This document shows positions 33,454 to 42,646 of a stretch of 64,000 bases of DNA, piece by piece. The notes under the pieces were generated by a model. The model saw only the letters and a list, made by a program, of their open reading frames with translations. It was not told the DNA's origin and searched no databases. The position numbers were made by a program, and so were the translations under genes. The stretch lies in the IMG/VR virus record IMGVR_UViG_3300012929_000001; one strand, written 5' to 3'. Source of the DNA: a virus. Position 1 is the first letter of the stretch. Every line of letters starts with the position of its first letter.

Positions 33454-34982
33454 GAGTGCGCCAGAGCCCCCTTCGACTGCTGAATCCCTATCTGCGACAT
33501 ACGCTTAATTGATCTTGTAACGTGGTCCGCGATCTGCGCCGGGTCTGCCTGCGATTGCACGTTAATCGTAATGCTAAAACTTTGCTCGCGCTGCATCACG
33601 TCCGTCGCGTAGTCCTGAACCGACTGCGGCACGGGCTGCCCGCTGTCGACCCGGCCCGGCCCCCAGTTATACGCCTCCAGCGCCTTGCGCTCGTCGCCGC
33701 CGTAGCGCTTCAGCAATTGGCTTAAATAGTTCGTTCCGCCGCGTATGTTCGACTTGGGGTCGTATTGGTCGACGCCGAGCGCCTTCGCCGTGTCGGGCAT
33801 AAGCTGGAACAGCCCATAGTCGCCCTTCGTGCCCGTCGCCGTAGGGTTAAAGCCGCTCTCGCGAGAGGCGACTGCCAGCGCCAGCGCGGGGGAGATTCCC
33901 GCCTGCGCAGCGCCGACGGCAATCGCGGCCTGTATCCCGGACTTCGAGGATAGATCGTTGGCCGCGCCCTCGAACAGAGGCTTCCCCGTGGCCACGTCAC
34001 CAAGCAGGAAACCTCCCACGCCGCCGATTACCGCGCCCGGCAACGCCCCCACACCCGCGAGTGGAGCACCCGCCGCCGTGCCCGCGATCGCTCCGACGCC
34101 CGCACCGAGCAGCCGCAGGGCCCAGGGGTGCGTGTCGATAAAGTGCGCGACGCTGGCGAACCAGTCCATGACGCCCCGGATCGCGCCGGAAACCTTGTCG
34201 AGAGCGCGGCCTATGTTCTCGATATTCACAGCGCCCGCCTTTAGCGTCGCGTCGTCCGAAACCGTGCCGATGAAGCGGATGACGCCGGAGGCAACGTCCT
34301 TCAGAATCTCAACCATATCCAGCCAAATCTGCTTCGTGTCCCGGAGCACGGGCACGAGGTACGTGGAGAACTTCTCGGCGAGCTGCGGAATGTTGTTGAT
34401 CAGCCACTCGTTCCAGCCGCGCAGGCGGTTCAGCAGCCCGTTCTCGTCGCCCGTCAGCGCCCGACTCAGCGCGGTGGCCAGGTACATCGCGAACTTGCCC
34501 GCTTCGACCTTTAAGCGGGTAAACTCGAAACCGATATCACGAATACGCCGCATTTGCTGCTCGAAGTTCGCGCCCCCGAAGCCCGACTCCAGGCGCTTCT
34601 GGTCCTCGATCAGCTGCCGGTACCGCTCCTGCAACTCCGGCGGACCCCAAAGTATATCCTTAAGGTCGTAACCTAGCGCTTTCTGCGCCGTGCTCATCTG
34701 CCGCGCGGCTTCCGTCGTCATGTACATGTGCCGGGCGAAAAGCTGCATACCCAGGTCGCTCTGCGCGACAGAGTCCATCAGCGCCAGTGTGCCCGTGGAG
34801 ATTCCCGTCAGCGCCCCGACCACCGCCGCACCCGCTTCGATGAACCGCGTAGTCATGCCGCCCGTGAACCCCAGCACACTCGCCGTCGCCTGCCGCAGGG
34901 CGTCGTTGAAGCGGTTCAGCTGTGGCTGATCCACCGTGTAGCCGAGCGATACGAGATATGATCGCAATATATCAGGGTTCAT
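33450..34982 (-). CDS. Tape measure protein with a C-terminal lytic transglycosylase (SLT) domain
   Basis: Helical N-terminal region with Gly/Ala-rich hydrophobic segments. SLT motifs VASRESGFNP, GLFQLMP, YNWGPG. Confidence 0.8.
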   Translation of the reverse strand: MNPDILRSYLVSLGYTVDQPQLNRFNDALRQATASVLGFTGGMTTRFIEAGAAVVGALTGISTGTLALMDSVAQSDLGMQLFARHMYMTTEAARQMSTAQKALGYDLKDILWGPPELQERYRQLIEDQKRLESGFGGANFEQQMRRIRDIGFEFTRLKVEAGKFAMYLATALSRALTGDENGLLNRLRGWNEWLINNIPQLAEKFSTYLVPVLRDTKQIWLDMVEILKDVASGVIRFIGTVSDDATLKAGAVNIENIGRALDKVSGAIRGVMDWFASVAHFIDTHPWALRLLGAGVGAIAGTAAGAPLAGVGALPGAVIGGVGGFLLGDVATGKPLFEGAANDLSSKSGIQAAIAVGAAQAGISPALALAVASRESGFNPTATGTKGDYGLFQLMPDTAKALGVDQYDPKSNIRGGTNYLSQLLKRYGGDERKALEAYNWGPGRVDSGQPVPQSVQDYATDVMQREQSFSITINVQSQADPAQIADHVTRSIKRMSQIGIQQSKGALAHS

Positions 34983-35161
34983 TTTTTATCCCTTAAATCC
35001 AGTATCGCGTGCATGTCCAGCAAGTCGTCACCCGTATACGTGCCGTCCCAAAGCTCCCTCTGCCGCCAGAAGCCCTGCATCACCGGACGCCAAGCGAATG
35101 GGTCTACGCCGTCTTCGTCTGCGGGATCGACTGCGTTTTTTCGGACCCCGCGACGAAAAAA
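34979..35161 (-). CDS. Tail assembly chaperone -1 frame extension (GT-like fusion product, T part)
   Basis: The -1 frame is open from the slippery site to a TGA at 34979-34981, which is ATGA-coupled to the tape measure start. Confidence 0.5.
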   Translation of the reverse strand, partial: FFRRGVRKNAVDPADEDGVDPFAWRPVMQGFWRQRELWDGTYTGDDLLDMHAILDLRDKK

Positions 35162-35595
35162 GGAGATATATTGAACTGAAGCGCCTGCCGGATCAGCTCG
35201 TCCACCGCCTGCGCGTCTTTCTCCAAGTCCTTAGCCGTCCATCGCCCATCGGACAGGACTACGGGCGACCAAGTAGACAAGTCCGCATCATAATACTTAC
35301 TACAACGAAGACAATAGTTTTGAATCTTAGTGTACGTATCCTCCGAAAGAACGCTGCTCGCTCCGATCCAAAGCATCGAAACCGTGCCGTCCGCCCGCTC
35401 CTGCACGGGGATCGCCGCGAGCTCCTCCGCCGAGGGCGCGGAGCTTCCGTTACTCGACTTAGCCTGCTGCTGTTGCAGGATCATGGCCGAGTAAATCAGC
35501 CAACCATGCACGCGGCTGGCGACCATCGCGCCCATTTTCTCCAGCTGGTACCGCCTGCTGCCAATGGTTATTTCCTTTACTTGCTCGTCTCGCAT
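35104..35595 (-). CDS. Tail assembly chaperone (G-like, zero-frame product)
   Basis: Located between the tube and tape measure genes. Contains the slippery heptamer T TTT TTC 17 codons before its stop. Confidence 0.6.
   Translation of the reverse strand: MRDEQVKEITIGSRRYQLEKMGAMVASRVHGWLIYSAMILQQQQAKSSNGSSAPSAEELAAIPVQERADGTVSMLWIGASSVLSEDTYTKIQNYCLRCSKYYDADLSTWSPVVLSDGRWTAKDLEKDAQAVDELIRQALQFNISPFFVAGSEKTQSIPQTKTA
35155..35161 (-). other. -1 programmed ribosomal frameshift slippery heptamer
   Basis: Minus-strand CC[T TTT TTC] is in the correct X XXY YYZ phase relative to the 35104-35595 ORF. Confidence 0.5.
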
Positions 35596-35801
35596 GGCAT
35601 TCCTCTCTTGTCGACGCGGATTTCTGGCGGGTGATCGAACAATCTAGTGTCGCTCCAAATTTGACTTCCCAGGTGGAAGGCTGCGATGTAGCGCCATTCC
35701 CCGTGGTCTGAAAAAAGCGAAATCGTGCAGCGGTCGCCGTCGCCCGGGTACGGCGGATCGTAGACGGGCCGTCGCCATCGTTGCCGCCGCTCCTTAGCCA
35801 T
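35577..35801 (-). CDS. Small hypothetical protein between tube and chaperone
   Basis: This is the only ORF filling the 35595-35794 gap, and it overlaps both neighbours slightly. Confidence 0.3.
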   Translation of the reverse strand: MAKERRQRWRRPVYDPPYPGDGDRCTISLFSDHGEWRYIAAFHLGSQIWSDTRLFDHPPEIRVDKRGMPCETSK

Positions 35802-36234
35802 GCTGAATGTCGGCGGCCATGAGGTTCCATGTCACGTTGCCGCCCTGCGCGGCGTACGGCTTATCGGGAATCTTGGCCGGGCTTACCCCGGTGAGAATAT
35901 GGTACGCGCCATCCGTCAGCGAGCGGAAGGACAGCGTCGCCGTCGCCCACTGGGAAACGTTGTGCTGGTCGGCGAGCGTGGCAATCTGGTTAAACCAATC
36001 CAACAGAAAACTGTGGATATCACTGGTCTGCTGAGCCTCTACAGTGCAGGAGCCGCTCCTTCCTGCGATGTAGCTGACGAGAACGTTGCCGTCGGCGGCG
36101 GTGGCGTGGGCGGTGCGCTCGGTGGCGTTGGATATCATAATGCTACCTTCACCGATTTCACCAGCAAGCGCGAAAGGCCCCACCAAGGGATGCTCGAAGG
36201 CCCCGATTATGTCCTTAAAACTGTAAACGTCCAT
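35794..36234 (-). CDS. Tail tube protein (DUF3277-like)
   Basis: 146 aa, directly downstream of the sheath gene. The sequence type matches my recollection of DUF3277 tube proteins. Confidence 0.6.
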   Translation of the reverse strand: MDVYSFKDIIGAFEHPLVGPFALAGEIGEGSIMISNATERTAHATAADGNVLVSYIAGRSGSCTVEAQQTSDIHSFLLDWFNQIATLADQHNVSQWATATLSFRSLTDGAYHILTGVSPAKIPDKPYAAQGGNVTWNLMAADIQHG

Positions 36235-36274
36235 GACTCAATTCCTCCTCAAGATTTTACGGCATTCGCGAACT

Positions 36275-37651
36275 CTAGCGCTGCGGGTAAACCCCGATCA
36301 AAAGACTCTGCGCCGACCCGGCCTCGATGATTGCCACATAAATCGGCATCGCCTTTCGCGCCTGCCGATCTGAAGTGAGTTGCGTGCTATACGGCGCAGC
36401 CTGCGCCAAATATCCGGCAGGAACCGACTGTCCCGCTACCAGATTTAGAATCTGCACACCCTGCCAAACCCCTCCTGCCAGAAAGCCGCGAAGCACGGCC
36501 TGCTGGCAAGCCTGGTTGACGGCGTGGATTAGCTGCGTCTCCCCAGCGTCCGTCATCGGGATCGAGGCGTTCTGCGTGAACAGGTTCATTTCGTTGAATT
36601 GCATCCCGGCGACGAGCATGTCGATATTAAGCACTTCGTCCATGAATTGCCCGTTCGCGACCTTACCGTTCGTGAACAATGTGTAGACATTGGCGAAGTT
36701 AAGATAAACGTTGCCGTTGTTACCCTGTATCACACCGACCTGCGTCTCCGTAAGCGGCTCCGTCGTGACGCCGACCTCCGTCTTACCCCAAAGCGTGAAC
36801 GCCGAGTTCGCCAGGCCGGTATTCAACCCCATCGCTACGCCCATCGCCGCAGCGACGGCGTAGATATTGTTCGGGAACGCGCCGTTCTGCGTCGTAGAGT
36901 ACTGCCCGATGGCGCGGTTGTAAGCGAATACCTTCAGCGTCGAGAAGACATTTCCCGCCGCGCCGGAGAGCGCGTCGGTGTCGCCCGTGGTGTAAAAGTA
37001 CATCATGGGCGTCGGACTGGCCTGCGCGAACCCGGCGATGGCGATGTGGTCGGCTTTCACGGCGGACGTGACCAGGCACGCCCACCATAGCGACGACGCC
37101 GACCGCACTGCCTGCACGGCGGCGAGCGGCGTGTCACCGATCGACGTAACATTTACCGTGGCCCCGACGCCGTGCCCGCCCGTAACCGCCAGCCCCGCAG
37201 CCACGCTGTAGCCCGTTCCGGGGCTCGAAAGCACAGCCCCGGTAATGCCGCCGCCGCCGTTTACCGTCAGCACGGCGAGCGCCCCGCCTGCCGCCGCACC
37301 TTGCGTGATGCCGATAACATCATTAACGGCGTACCCCGTACCCAGCGCATTAATCACGAAGCCCGTGATCGACGTAAGGTCCTGCCGACCGACGACGAGC
37401 TTGCGGGGAGGAACTAGTTGGCTGAAGTAAATCTGCGCGGCGATGTACTCCGGGCTATTGACGGTGAACCCGTCGGCAAGCATCGCAGCGAGGGCGTTGG
37501 AAGAGTAGACACGGGCACGTTCCGACGCGGGGATTACGGCGCTGGGGCCGATGATGCAGCCGACGTTGAACGTGGGAATGGCGGGCGCTTGCGGCTGCAC
37601 CAGCACGACTACGTCAACGATGTCCTGAAGCGGGAATGCGATGGTGCTCAT
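36275..37651 (-). CDS. Contractile tail sheath protein (DUF3383-like)
   Basis: 458 aa, upstream of the tube gene. The N-terminal FPLQDIVDVVVLVQPQAP...FNVGCIIG pattern is typical of DUF3383 sheath proteins. Confidence 0.65.
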   Translation of the reverse strand: MSTIAFPLQDIVDVVVLVQPQAPAIPTFNVGCIIGPSAVIPASERARVYSSNALAAMLADGFTVNSPEYIAAQIYFSQLVPPRKLVVGRQDLTSITGFVINALGTGYAVNDVIGITQGAAAGGALAVLTVNGGGGITGAVLSSPGTGYSVAAGLAVTGGHGVGATVNVTSIGDTPLAAVQAVRSASSLWWACLVTSAVKADHIAIAGFAQASPTPMMYFYTTGDTDALSGAAGNVFSTLKVFAYNRAIGQYSTTQNGAFPNNIYAVAAAMGVAMGLNTGLANSAFTLWGKTEVGVTTEPLTETQVGVIQGNNGNVYLNFANVYTLFTNGKVANGQFMDEVLNIDMLVAGMQFNEMNLFTQNASIPMTDAGETQLIHAVNQACQQAVLRGFLAGGVWQGVQILNLVAGQSVPAGYLAQAAPYSTQLTSDRQARKAMPIYVAIIEAGSAQSLLIGVYPQR

Positions 37652-37666
37652 GTTGTTTCTCTCCTC

Positions 37667-38806
37667 TTAAAGTTTGGTGCTCGTGAACGTAGCGATAGCG
37701 CCTCCGGTAGTGATAAACCCGGTCAACCCTGAGGGCAGTTCGGAGTCCTCAGCCTCGATGACCGGAACCCCGTTAATCGAAACCGTCAATTTTGAGCCGA
37801 CCGCCTCGAACTTAAAATCAACATTCGGCGTGAATGCGAAGTCGTCAATCTGTCCCAGCAATGCGCCGCCGCCAGGAACAACTTTTTCCAACTGCACGGA
37901 AGGGTGGTTAGCGGAAATGAACGCGAGATAGTAAGAACCGAGCGCCACTGGAGCTCCACTTAACCTCAACAACAAGCCTATCGAATTATTGTTTGTCTGC
38001 GAAACGTCGAACAGCGGAACTGTAACTTCTACGCTGGAAATGAATTGCGGTCTACTGTCTAAAATAGCTGGATTAGACTGACAAAGCCCCAGCGGACAGC
38101 TTACCCCGCTCGCGTCGAAGACGAACGGCCCGCTACCGTACAAGTAGCTATTACCGAGCGCCATGCGCGGAGGCAGGAAATTGTCAGTAAACATGCCGCC
38201 GATTGTAACGTCTGTCTGAACCCCGTCCGCATTCTCCACAATTATCTCCGACGACGCGATGGCGTCCACAATCTCCAATTCCGAAACCCGCTCGTTAAAC
38301 CGCACTTCCCAGTCCACCCGCTCCCACCACTGCCCACCGTCTTTAGGCTCCGGCACCCGACGAGGAGCCACTCGGTCAGGCACTAGATAAAGACCGAGAT
38401 TCAACACGGCGGCGAGGTCGTGCTGCCGCTGCGACATCAAGCCCGAGCGTATCTTCCGCATCGCGTCGAACGAGTTCGGGCCGTACGCGCACCAGTACAC
38501 CTGCCAGACACGAATATAAGTCGTGACTTGTCCGACCGAAACGGCGTCGTTCTGCAAGTTCTTCACGTCAATCTGCCGATTAATCGGGTCGTCGACTTCC
38601 GTGGCCCGTAGATAAACTACATCATCATTAATTGCCTGTGCGGGTTGCCCCTGCTGCTGCCACCCCACACGCACTTTATCCAATGAGCCGCCCGTGGGCG
38701 CGGTGGGCACGGGTAGCCCCAGCAGTTGGATCGTAAGCGCCTGCATGGCGTTCTCCACTTCTTTCGGTACCAACGGCGGCGGGTACTGCGCGGCAGATAC
38801 GGTCAT
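37667..38806 (-). CDS. Neck/tail-terminator-like protein fused to a C-terminal beta-sandwich (LamG/ConA-like) domain
   Basis: ATGA-coupled start at 38806. The N-terminal half resembles phage neck terminator proteins. The C-terminal ~170 aa form a separate Gly/Ser/Val-rich beta-type domain. Confidence 0.45.
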   Translation of the reverse strand: MTVSAAQYPPPLVPKEVENAMQALTIQLLGLPVPTAPTGGSLDKVRVGWQQQGQPAQAINDDVVYLRATEVDDPINRQIDVKNLQNDAVSVGQVTTYIRVWQVYWCAYGPNSFDAMRKIRSGLMSQRQHDLAAVLNLGLYLVPDRVAPRRVPEPKDGGQWWERVDWEVRFNERVSELEIVDAIASSEIIVENADGVQTDVTIGGMFTDNFLPPRMALGNSYLYGSGPFVFDASGVSCPLGLCQSNPAILDSRPQFISSVEVTVPLFDVSQTNNNSIGLLLRLSGAPVALGSYYLAFISANHPSVQLEKVVPGGGALLGQIDDFAFTPNVDFKFEAVGSKLTVSINGVPVIEAEDSELPSGLTGFITTGGAIATFTSTKL

Positions 38807-39183
38807 GCACCCAACATCCTTCCCGCAATCGCCCAACAATAGCCTCGCGTACGGTAGGGGTAAACAGTCAGCACGCGGTAGTTCTGCCCGCGCCAGACTA
38901 TGATGTCGCTCGTGCCAGGTTTCGCCGTCTCGTCCGGCCCGCTGGCCCCAATACGAGTACCGAAAAGCGGCGTGCGCGTGTTGATCACAATGGCTCCGTG
39001 CACCTGGTCCGCCTCCGGCAACGTCTCCAACTGCTTTGGGCTTGCTATGCTAATGACGCCACGCGCCGTTATGTTCATGCGCTTCGTCTCCTGCCATCCC
39101 CCTGCGCCCCAAGCCCCTTCCAGGCGCACCACGGTGAACTTTTCCGCCATGTTCGTATCCGCGAGCGCGAGTGAAAGGTCCAC
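38803..39183 (-). CDS. Head closure / head-tail adaptor protein
   Basis: 126 aa with the C-terminal SDIIVWRGQNYRVLTVYP motif typical of SPP1 gp16/HK97 gp9-type head-tail joining proteins. Confidence 0.5.
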   Translation of the reverse strand: MDLSLALADTNMAEKFTVVRLEGAWGAGGWQETKRMNITARGVISIASPKQLETLPEADQVHGAIVINTRTPLFGTRIGASGPDETAKPGTSDIIVWRGQNYRVLTVYPYRTRGYCWAIAGRMLGA

Positions 39184-39686
39184 TACTTCTTTTTATCCGT
39201 TACAACGTAGTTAACCGCTTGTCTCATTTGGCCCGTGTCAATTAGCGGGCGCACGCTAGTAGAAGTCCTGCCCCGGTGCTTCCGGTTGCGAGCGCGGATC
39301 GTGGCGGGTTTCAGCGGCGTGAACGGGCCGTCGCTGATCTTCTTGCGTATTGACTTCTGCGCAATCAGGCCTGCCGCGTTCAGCGCCTGCTCGACGCCGT
39401 TCCTGTTCCCGTCCAGCGCCATGCGAGCGCCCTGCCCAAGCCGAGCCACTATTTCCTCCTGCCCGAGCTTGATACCCGGGTGCACGAACTCGCGCTGAGG
39501 GATTCCCCGCGCAGGACTACCTTTGTCGTGGATGTACGCGAGCGTGGCATTGTTAACTCCAGTCTCCTTGCGCCCCGCCGTCGACTCCGGGAAGCCCGCG
39601 AGCACTTCCCGCGCCGTCAGCAGCTTTACCGTACTGCCAATCTTCTTGGAGTTGTCGAACGACTTCAATTTAATCCCGATCGCCAA
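39183..39686 (-). CDS. Tail completion / virion morphogenesis protein (HK97 gp10 / Mu G-like)
   Basis: RPLIDTGQMRQAV motif near the C-terminus. Position in the connector module. Confidence 0.5.
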   Translation of the reverse strand: MAIGIKLKSFDNSKKIGSTVKLLTAREVLAGFPESTAGRKETGVNNATLAYIHDKGSPARGIPQREFVHPGIKLGQEEIVARLGQGARMALDGNRNGVEQALNAAGLIAQKSIRKKISDGPFTPLKPATIRARNRKHRGRTSTSVRPLIDTGQMRQAVNYVVTDKKK

Positions 39687-39689
39687 GCA

Positions 39690-39866
39690 CTATCCCCTCG
39701 GAAGCAGGTTGACGATCTTGCCGAATTGCAGGAGAAACGCCAACAGCCCGGTCCAAAACATAAGCCTGCCGATTTCGGCCCAACGCGTCGGCGCGGGCGT
39801 GTGCCAACCGTACACGATTAGGCCAATGATGCAGATTAACAGGGAAAGGTAGATTTGAATCGTCAT
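39690..39866 (-). CDS. Small two-helix membrane protein embedded in the connector module
   Basis: Strong RBS AAAGGAGAATTTCAATG. Two hydrophobic helices (IYLSLLICIIGLIVYGW and LMFWTGLLAFLLQFG). Confidence 0.55.
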   Translation of the reverse strand: MTIQIYLSLLICIIGLIVYGWHTPAPTRWAEIGRLMFWTGLLAFLLQFGKIVNLLPRG

Positions 39867-39879
39867 TGAAATTCTCCTT

Positions 39880-40392
39880 TTATTCTCCGAACGTGAACGG
39901 GCCGCTCCAGCCTCCACCGCCCGTAGGATTGCAGCCCGGCGTGTTTACTTGCAGCGGACCCGCGCCCATCATCCTCGCTAGGCGGATGAACCGACTCCCC
40001 CATGAAGTGTAGTTCCAGTGCCCGGCGTCCAATTCGATCGTGGCCTGCGGCGAGTAGGAAATAGCCACGTCGCCCGCCGACTTCCCGGCCACGACGCCCG
40101 TGGCCACGCCCGGCACTCCGGCCATGTCCATGTCCCGGGCGGCGAGGATGTCGAGAGTGACATGGTGCAAGGTAAACATCTCCAACCCGAGATTGTAAAC
40201 GACCGTGTTCGGGTCGCCGTCCGCCGTCCAGCGCTGCGCGTTCAGCATCGCAAAAGCGACCGTGGCCCAGAACAGTATCGAGTTCGGGTCCACCGAGACC
40301 AAGTCCGTATCCGTCTCCGTAGAGGTATCAAAGACGGGGAAGTCTGCCAGGATTGCCGTAACTAGCTGCGCGGGAGTGGTGATGGCTGACAC
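39880..40392 (-). CDS. Head-tail connector protein (DUF4054-like)
   Basis: Position downstream of the capsid-associated genes. The family assignment is by recollection only. Confidence 0.45.
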   Translation of the reverse strand: MSAITTPAQLVTAILADFPVFDTSTETDTDLVSVDPNSILFWATVAFAMLNAQRWTADGDPNTVVYNLGLEMFTLHHVTLDILAARDMDMAGVPGVATGVVAGKSAGDVAISYSPQATIELDAGHWNYTSWGSRFIRLARMMGAGPLQVNTPGCNPTGGGGWSGPFTFGE

Positions 40393-40395
40393 TAA

Positions 40396-40698
40396 TTACC
40401 TTTTCGGCACATCGTGCGTCTGGTCCCCGCCCTCGGCGGAGGACTCACCCCAACTCGGGGCCCAGTACTTCTTGTTGTTGGCGTTGATCTCCGCCGGGGT
40501 CATCACCGTCGTGGCGTGCGCGAGCGGCTCGGCATCGAGGACGCGAGTGTCTTCCTCGTCGTAAACTTCATCCTTGTTCGACTTCCCCGCCTTCTCCAGC
40601 GCGATGGCGACGGCCTGCTTCTGCGGCTTCCCCGCCGCCATCTCGGTCGCGATGTTCTTCGAGACCGCCTTACGGCTACTTCCCGTTTCGAGTGGCAT
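40396..40698 (-). CDS. Small hypothetical protein
   Basis: 100-aa ORF in the operon. N-terminal [27 protein letters not shown] motif seen in small phage proteins. Confidence 0.45.
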   Translation of the reverse strand: MPLETGSSRKAVSKNIATEMAAGKPQKQAVAIALEKAGKSNKDEVYDEEDTRVLDAEPLAHATTVMTPAEINANNKKYWAPSWGESSAEGGDQTHDVPKR

Positions 40699-40745
40699 TT
40701 TTAAGCTCCTTCGGTTTACGTCGGGCGGTGCAATCCGCCCGATTC

Positions 40746-41336
40746 TTACGCCGCCTTCGCTTCCTTCTTTGCTAACGCGAGCAAATCGTCCTTTGTCGCC
40801 TTGGACGAAGGCTCAACACCGTGATCTTGCAAGAACACGAATAACTCCGCTTTTGTCATTTGCTGCAATGACTTTTTACCTTCTTTTTCAATTTCCTCAT
40901 CATCATCATCATCTGCCTTTGCACTACCCTGCTCCGGCTGCTGCCACTCCGCCGCGTCGGCGAAGAACGCGGCCCGCTCACGCACCGTCATGCGGTCTAC
41001 GAACCTCTGTGTCCCCTCGATGCCGTCCTTCGCCGCGTAGCCCCGGCTGGCGAGAAAGGCAACGTGGTGGTCGGTGACGATCTGCGGGATTGCGGCCTCA
41101 GGCTCGTAGCGCTTCACGTTGTTCGCGCGCAGGAACCAGTGGTCAGCGATGTCTTCGGGCACTTCCTGCGTGCCCTCGCGGAATTGGATGCGCTTCTGAT
41201 TGTCTAGCAAAAGGACCACGGGACGCGGAAAAATCATCGTCACCGTGGTCCCCGGATTCTCGCGCAGGTAGTCGGAGACGGCTTTTGTCTCCGCTGCCTG
41301 GCGACCGAATGCGATTGGTTCTTTTTGTGCTGGCAT
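40746..41336 (-). CDS. Hypothetical protein with a C-terminal HeH/Rho_N-like helix-extension-helix motif
   Basis: Acidic DDDDDEE linker followed by [32 protein letters not shown]. Confidence 0.5.
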   Translation of the reverse strand: MPAQKEPIAFGRQAAETKAVSDYLRENPGTTVTMIFPRPVVLLLDNQKRIQFREGTQEVPEDIADHWFLRANNVKRYEPEAAIPQIVTDHHVAFLASRGYAAKDGIEGTQRFVDRMTVRERAAFFADAAEWQQPEQGSAKADDDDDEEIEKEGKKSLQQMTKAELFVFLQDHGVEPSSKATKDDLLALAKKEAKAA

Positions 41337-41441
41337 ATTTTCCTTTCGACGGAACCGCCCTCGCTACCGAGAGCGGCTCGACGCGGTTATCGGGTTTTAG
41401 CGGTCCTCCCCGGAATTAGTTCTTAGTTTCGTTGCCGAAAC

Positions 41442-42599
41442 TTACAGCCCGTCGCGGTAGGCGATGCACGAAGGGTAGACCACTTCCACAACACCGAGTC
41501 GGCAGAAATAAGTCGTCTTGTGATAGATCGACTCATACTGGATTGGTGTACGCTGAAGGAGCGTCATCGGATAACGCACCCGCTGCTTGTCCTTCGTGTA
41601 GCACATCATGCGGTCGTGCGTACCCTCTGTGCCAATCGTACCGCCTGCGCCCGTTCCAATGCACCACTTCAGCGGATAAATGTCCAACTTGCCGCGACCG
41701 GAGGTCGTGAGCAGGTTGTTTTCCTGGATGTACTTAAGTACAGAAACGTTGCCGGCGGTGGAGACCTTCTGCGTGCTGATTTGCCCGAACTGCACGGGCG
41801 GAAGCAGAAAGCGAGAAGGCACGATCGCCCACGCCGACGCAGCCCAGGCACTGGTGATAATCTCGTTGCAGTCCAGGAGAATCTCGTCCGGCGTTTTGTT
41901 GGCCCACAATGGTGACCCGCCGCCACCGTTGGCGACGTTCGTACTGTTAGTTACGAGCGTGTTGTTTAGCAGTCCCAAAGCGCCAGTGGTGGTGTCACCG
42001 ATATAGACCTGCTCGTCGATGTCCATCTGGTGCTTTAGTTGCAACCCCTCGTACTTCTGCTGGTCGATGGGGCGGCCCAGCCGCGCGGCACTTTCCAGTT
42101 CAGGAATGGTGTACTTAATCTCCATACCCCAAAGCTGCAACGGGTTCGGAATTTTAGCGATGTCGACGCCGATTCCGGTAACCTGGTCCGTTGTCTTACC
42201 GATCCAAGCCTTCCCGTTTCCGATGCCGTTACCGCCCATGCTCCCCGAAGCTGCGTAAGTGGACAGCGTGAAACTACTGACCTCATCAGCGATGGTGACG
42301 TCTTCCCGCAAGTCGATGTCCCGGCCCCAAGTCACTGCCGCTAGCGGCTCATGCAGCGTAAGGTCCAACCGCTCCAGTTCGCCCACCAGGAACGCGCCCG
42401 TACTGTCCACGGTGCGCCCGTCGTGCGTCTGGAACCGACCCGGAAGCGGTACGCCCATAGCGTTCCCCGCCCCGTCGTGCGTACGCATTGTGTTCGCGTA
42501 CGTTAACATTTCATCCATCGTCCTGCGACGACCGACAAACCGCCCCGGCGCTCCGTGACCCACGAAGTATTCGGGGTTGCTCTGCATAGTTTGCAACAT
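41442..42599 (-). CDS. Major capsid protein (DUF2184-like, HK97-fold class)
   Basis: AAAGGAG RBS before ATG 42599. Its size and its position after a DUF2213-like scaffold and a small accessory protein are the typical arrangement. Confidence 0.7.
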   Translation of the reverse strand: MLQTMQSNPEYFVGHGAPGRFVGRRRTMDEMLTYANTMRTHDGAGNAMGVPLPGRFQTHDGRTVDSTGAFLVGELERLDLTLHEPLAAVTWGRDIDLREDVTIADEVSSFTLSTYAASGSMGGNGIGNGKAWIGKTTDQVTGIGVDIAKIPNPLQLWGMEIKYTIPELESAARLGRPIDQQKYEGLQLKHQMDIDEQVYIGDTTTGALGLLNNTLVTNSTNVANGGGGSPLWANKTPDEILLDCNEIITSAWAASAWAIVPSRFLLPPVQFGQISTQKVSTAGNVSVLKYIQENNLLTTSGRGKLDIYPLKWCIGTGAGGTIGTEGTHDRMMCYTKDKQRVRYPMTLLQRTPIQYESIYHKTTYFCRLGVVEVVYPSCIAYRDGL

Positions 42600-42646
42600 G
42601 GTAAAATTCTCCTTTACTTGATTTTTATTGCACCCGCAATCCCCCA

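Noticed and set aside
33829-34671. 280-aa plus-strand ORF
   Set aside because: It is antisense to the tape measure/SLT gene, which has unambiguous SLT motifs. The translation is Pro/Ala/Ser low-complexity.
35459-35830. 123-aa minus-strand ORF overlapping the tube and chaperone genes
   Set aside because: It overlaps both neighbouring well-supported genes extensively and has Arg/Gly/Ala-rich composition. The 74-aa ORF 35577-35801 fits the gap better, though that ORF is itself weak.
41370-41441. Hairpins downstream of the major capsid gene (GTTTCG-TTGC-CGAAAC at 41426-41441 and an imperfect CCGCCCTCG/CGAGAGCGG stem), considered as a terminator
   Set aside because: The stems are short or imperfect and lack a following U-run on the minus strand. 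At most this is a weak attenuator, so it is not reported as a feature.
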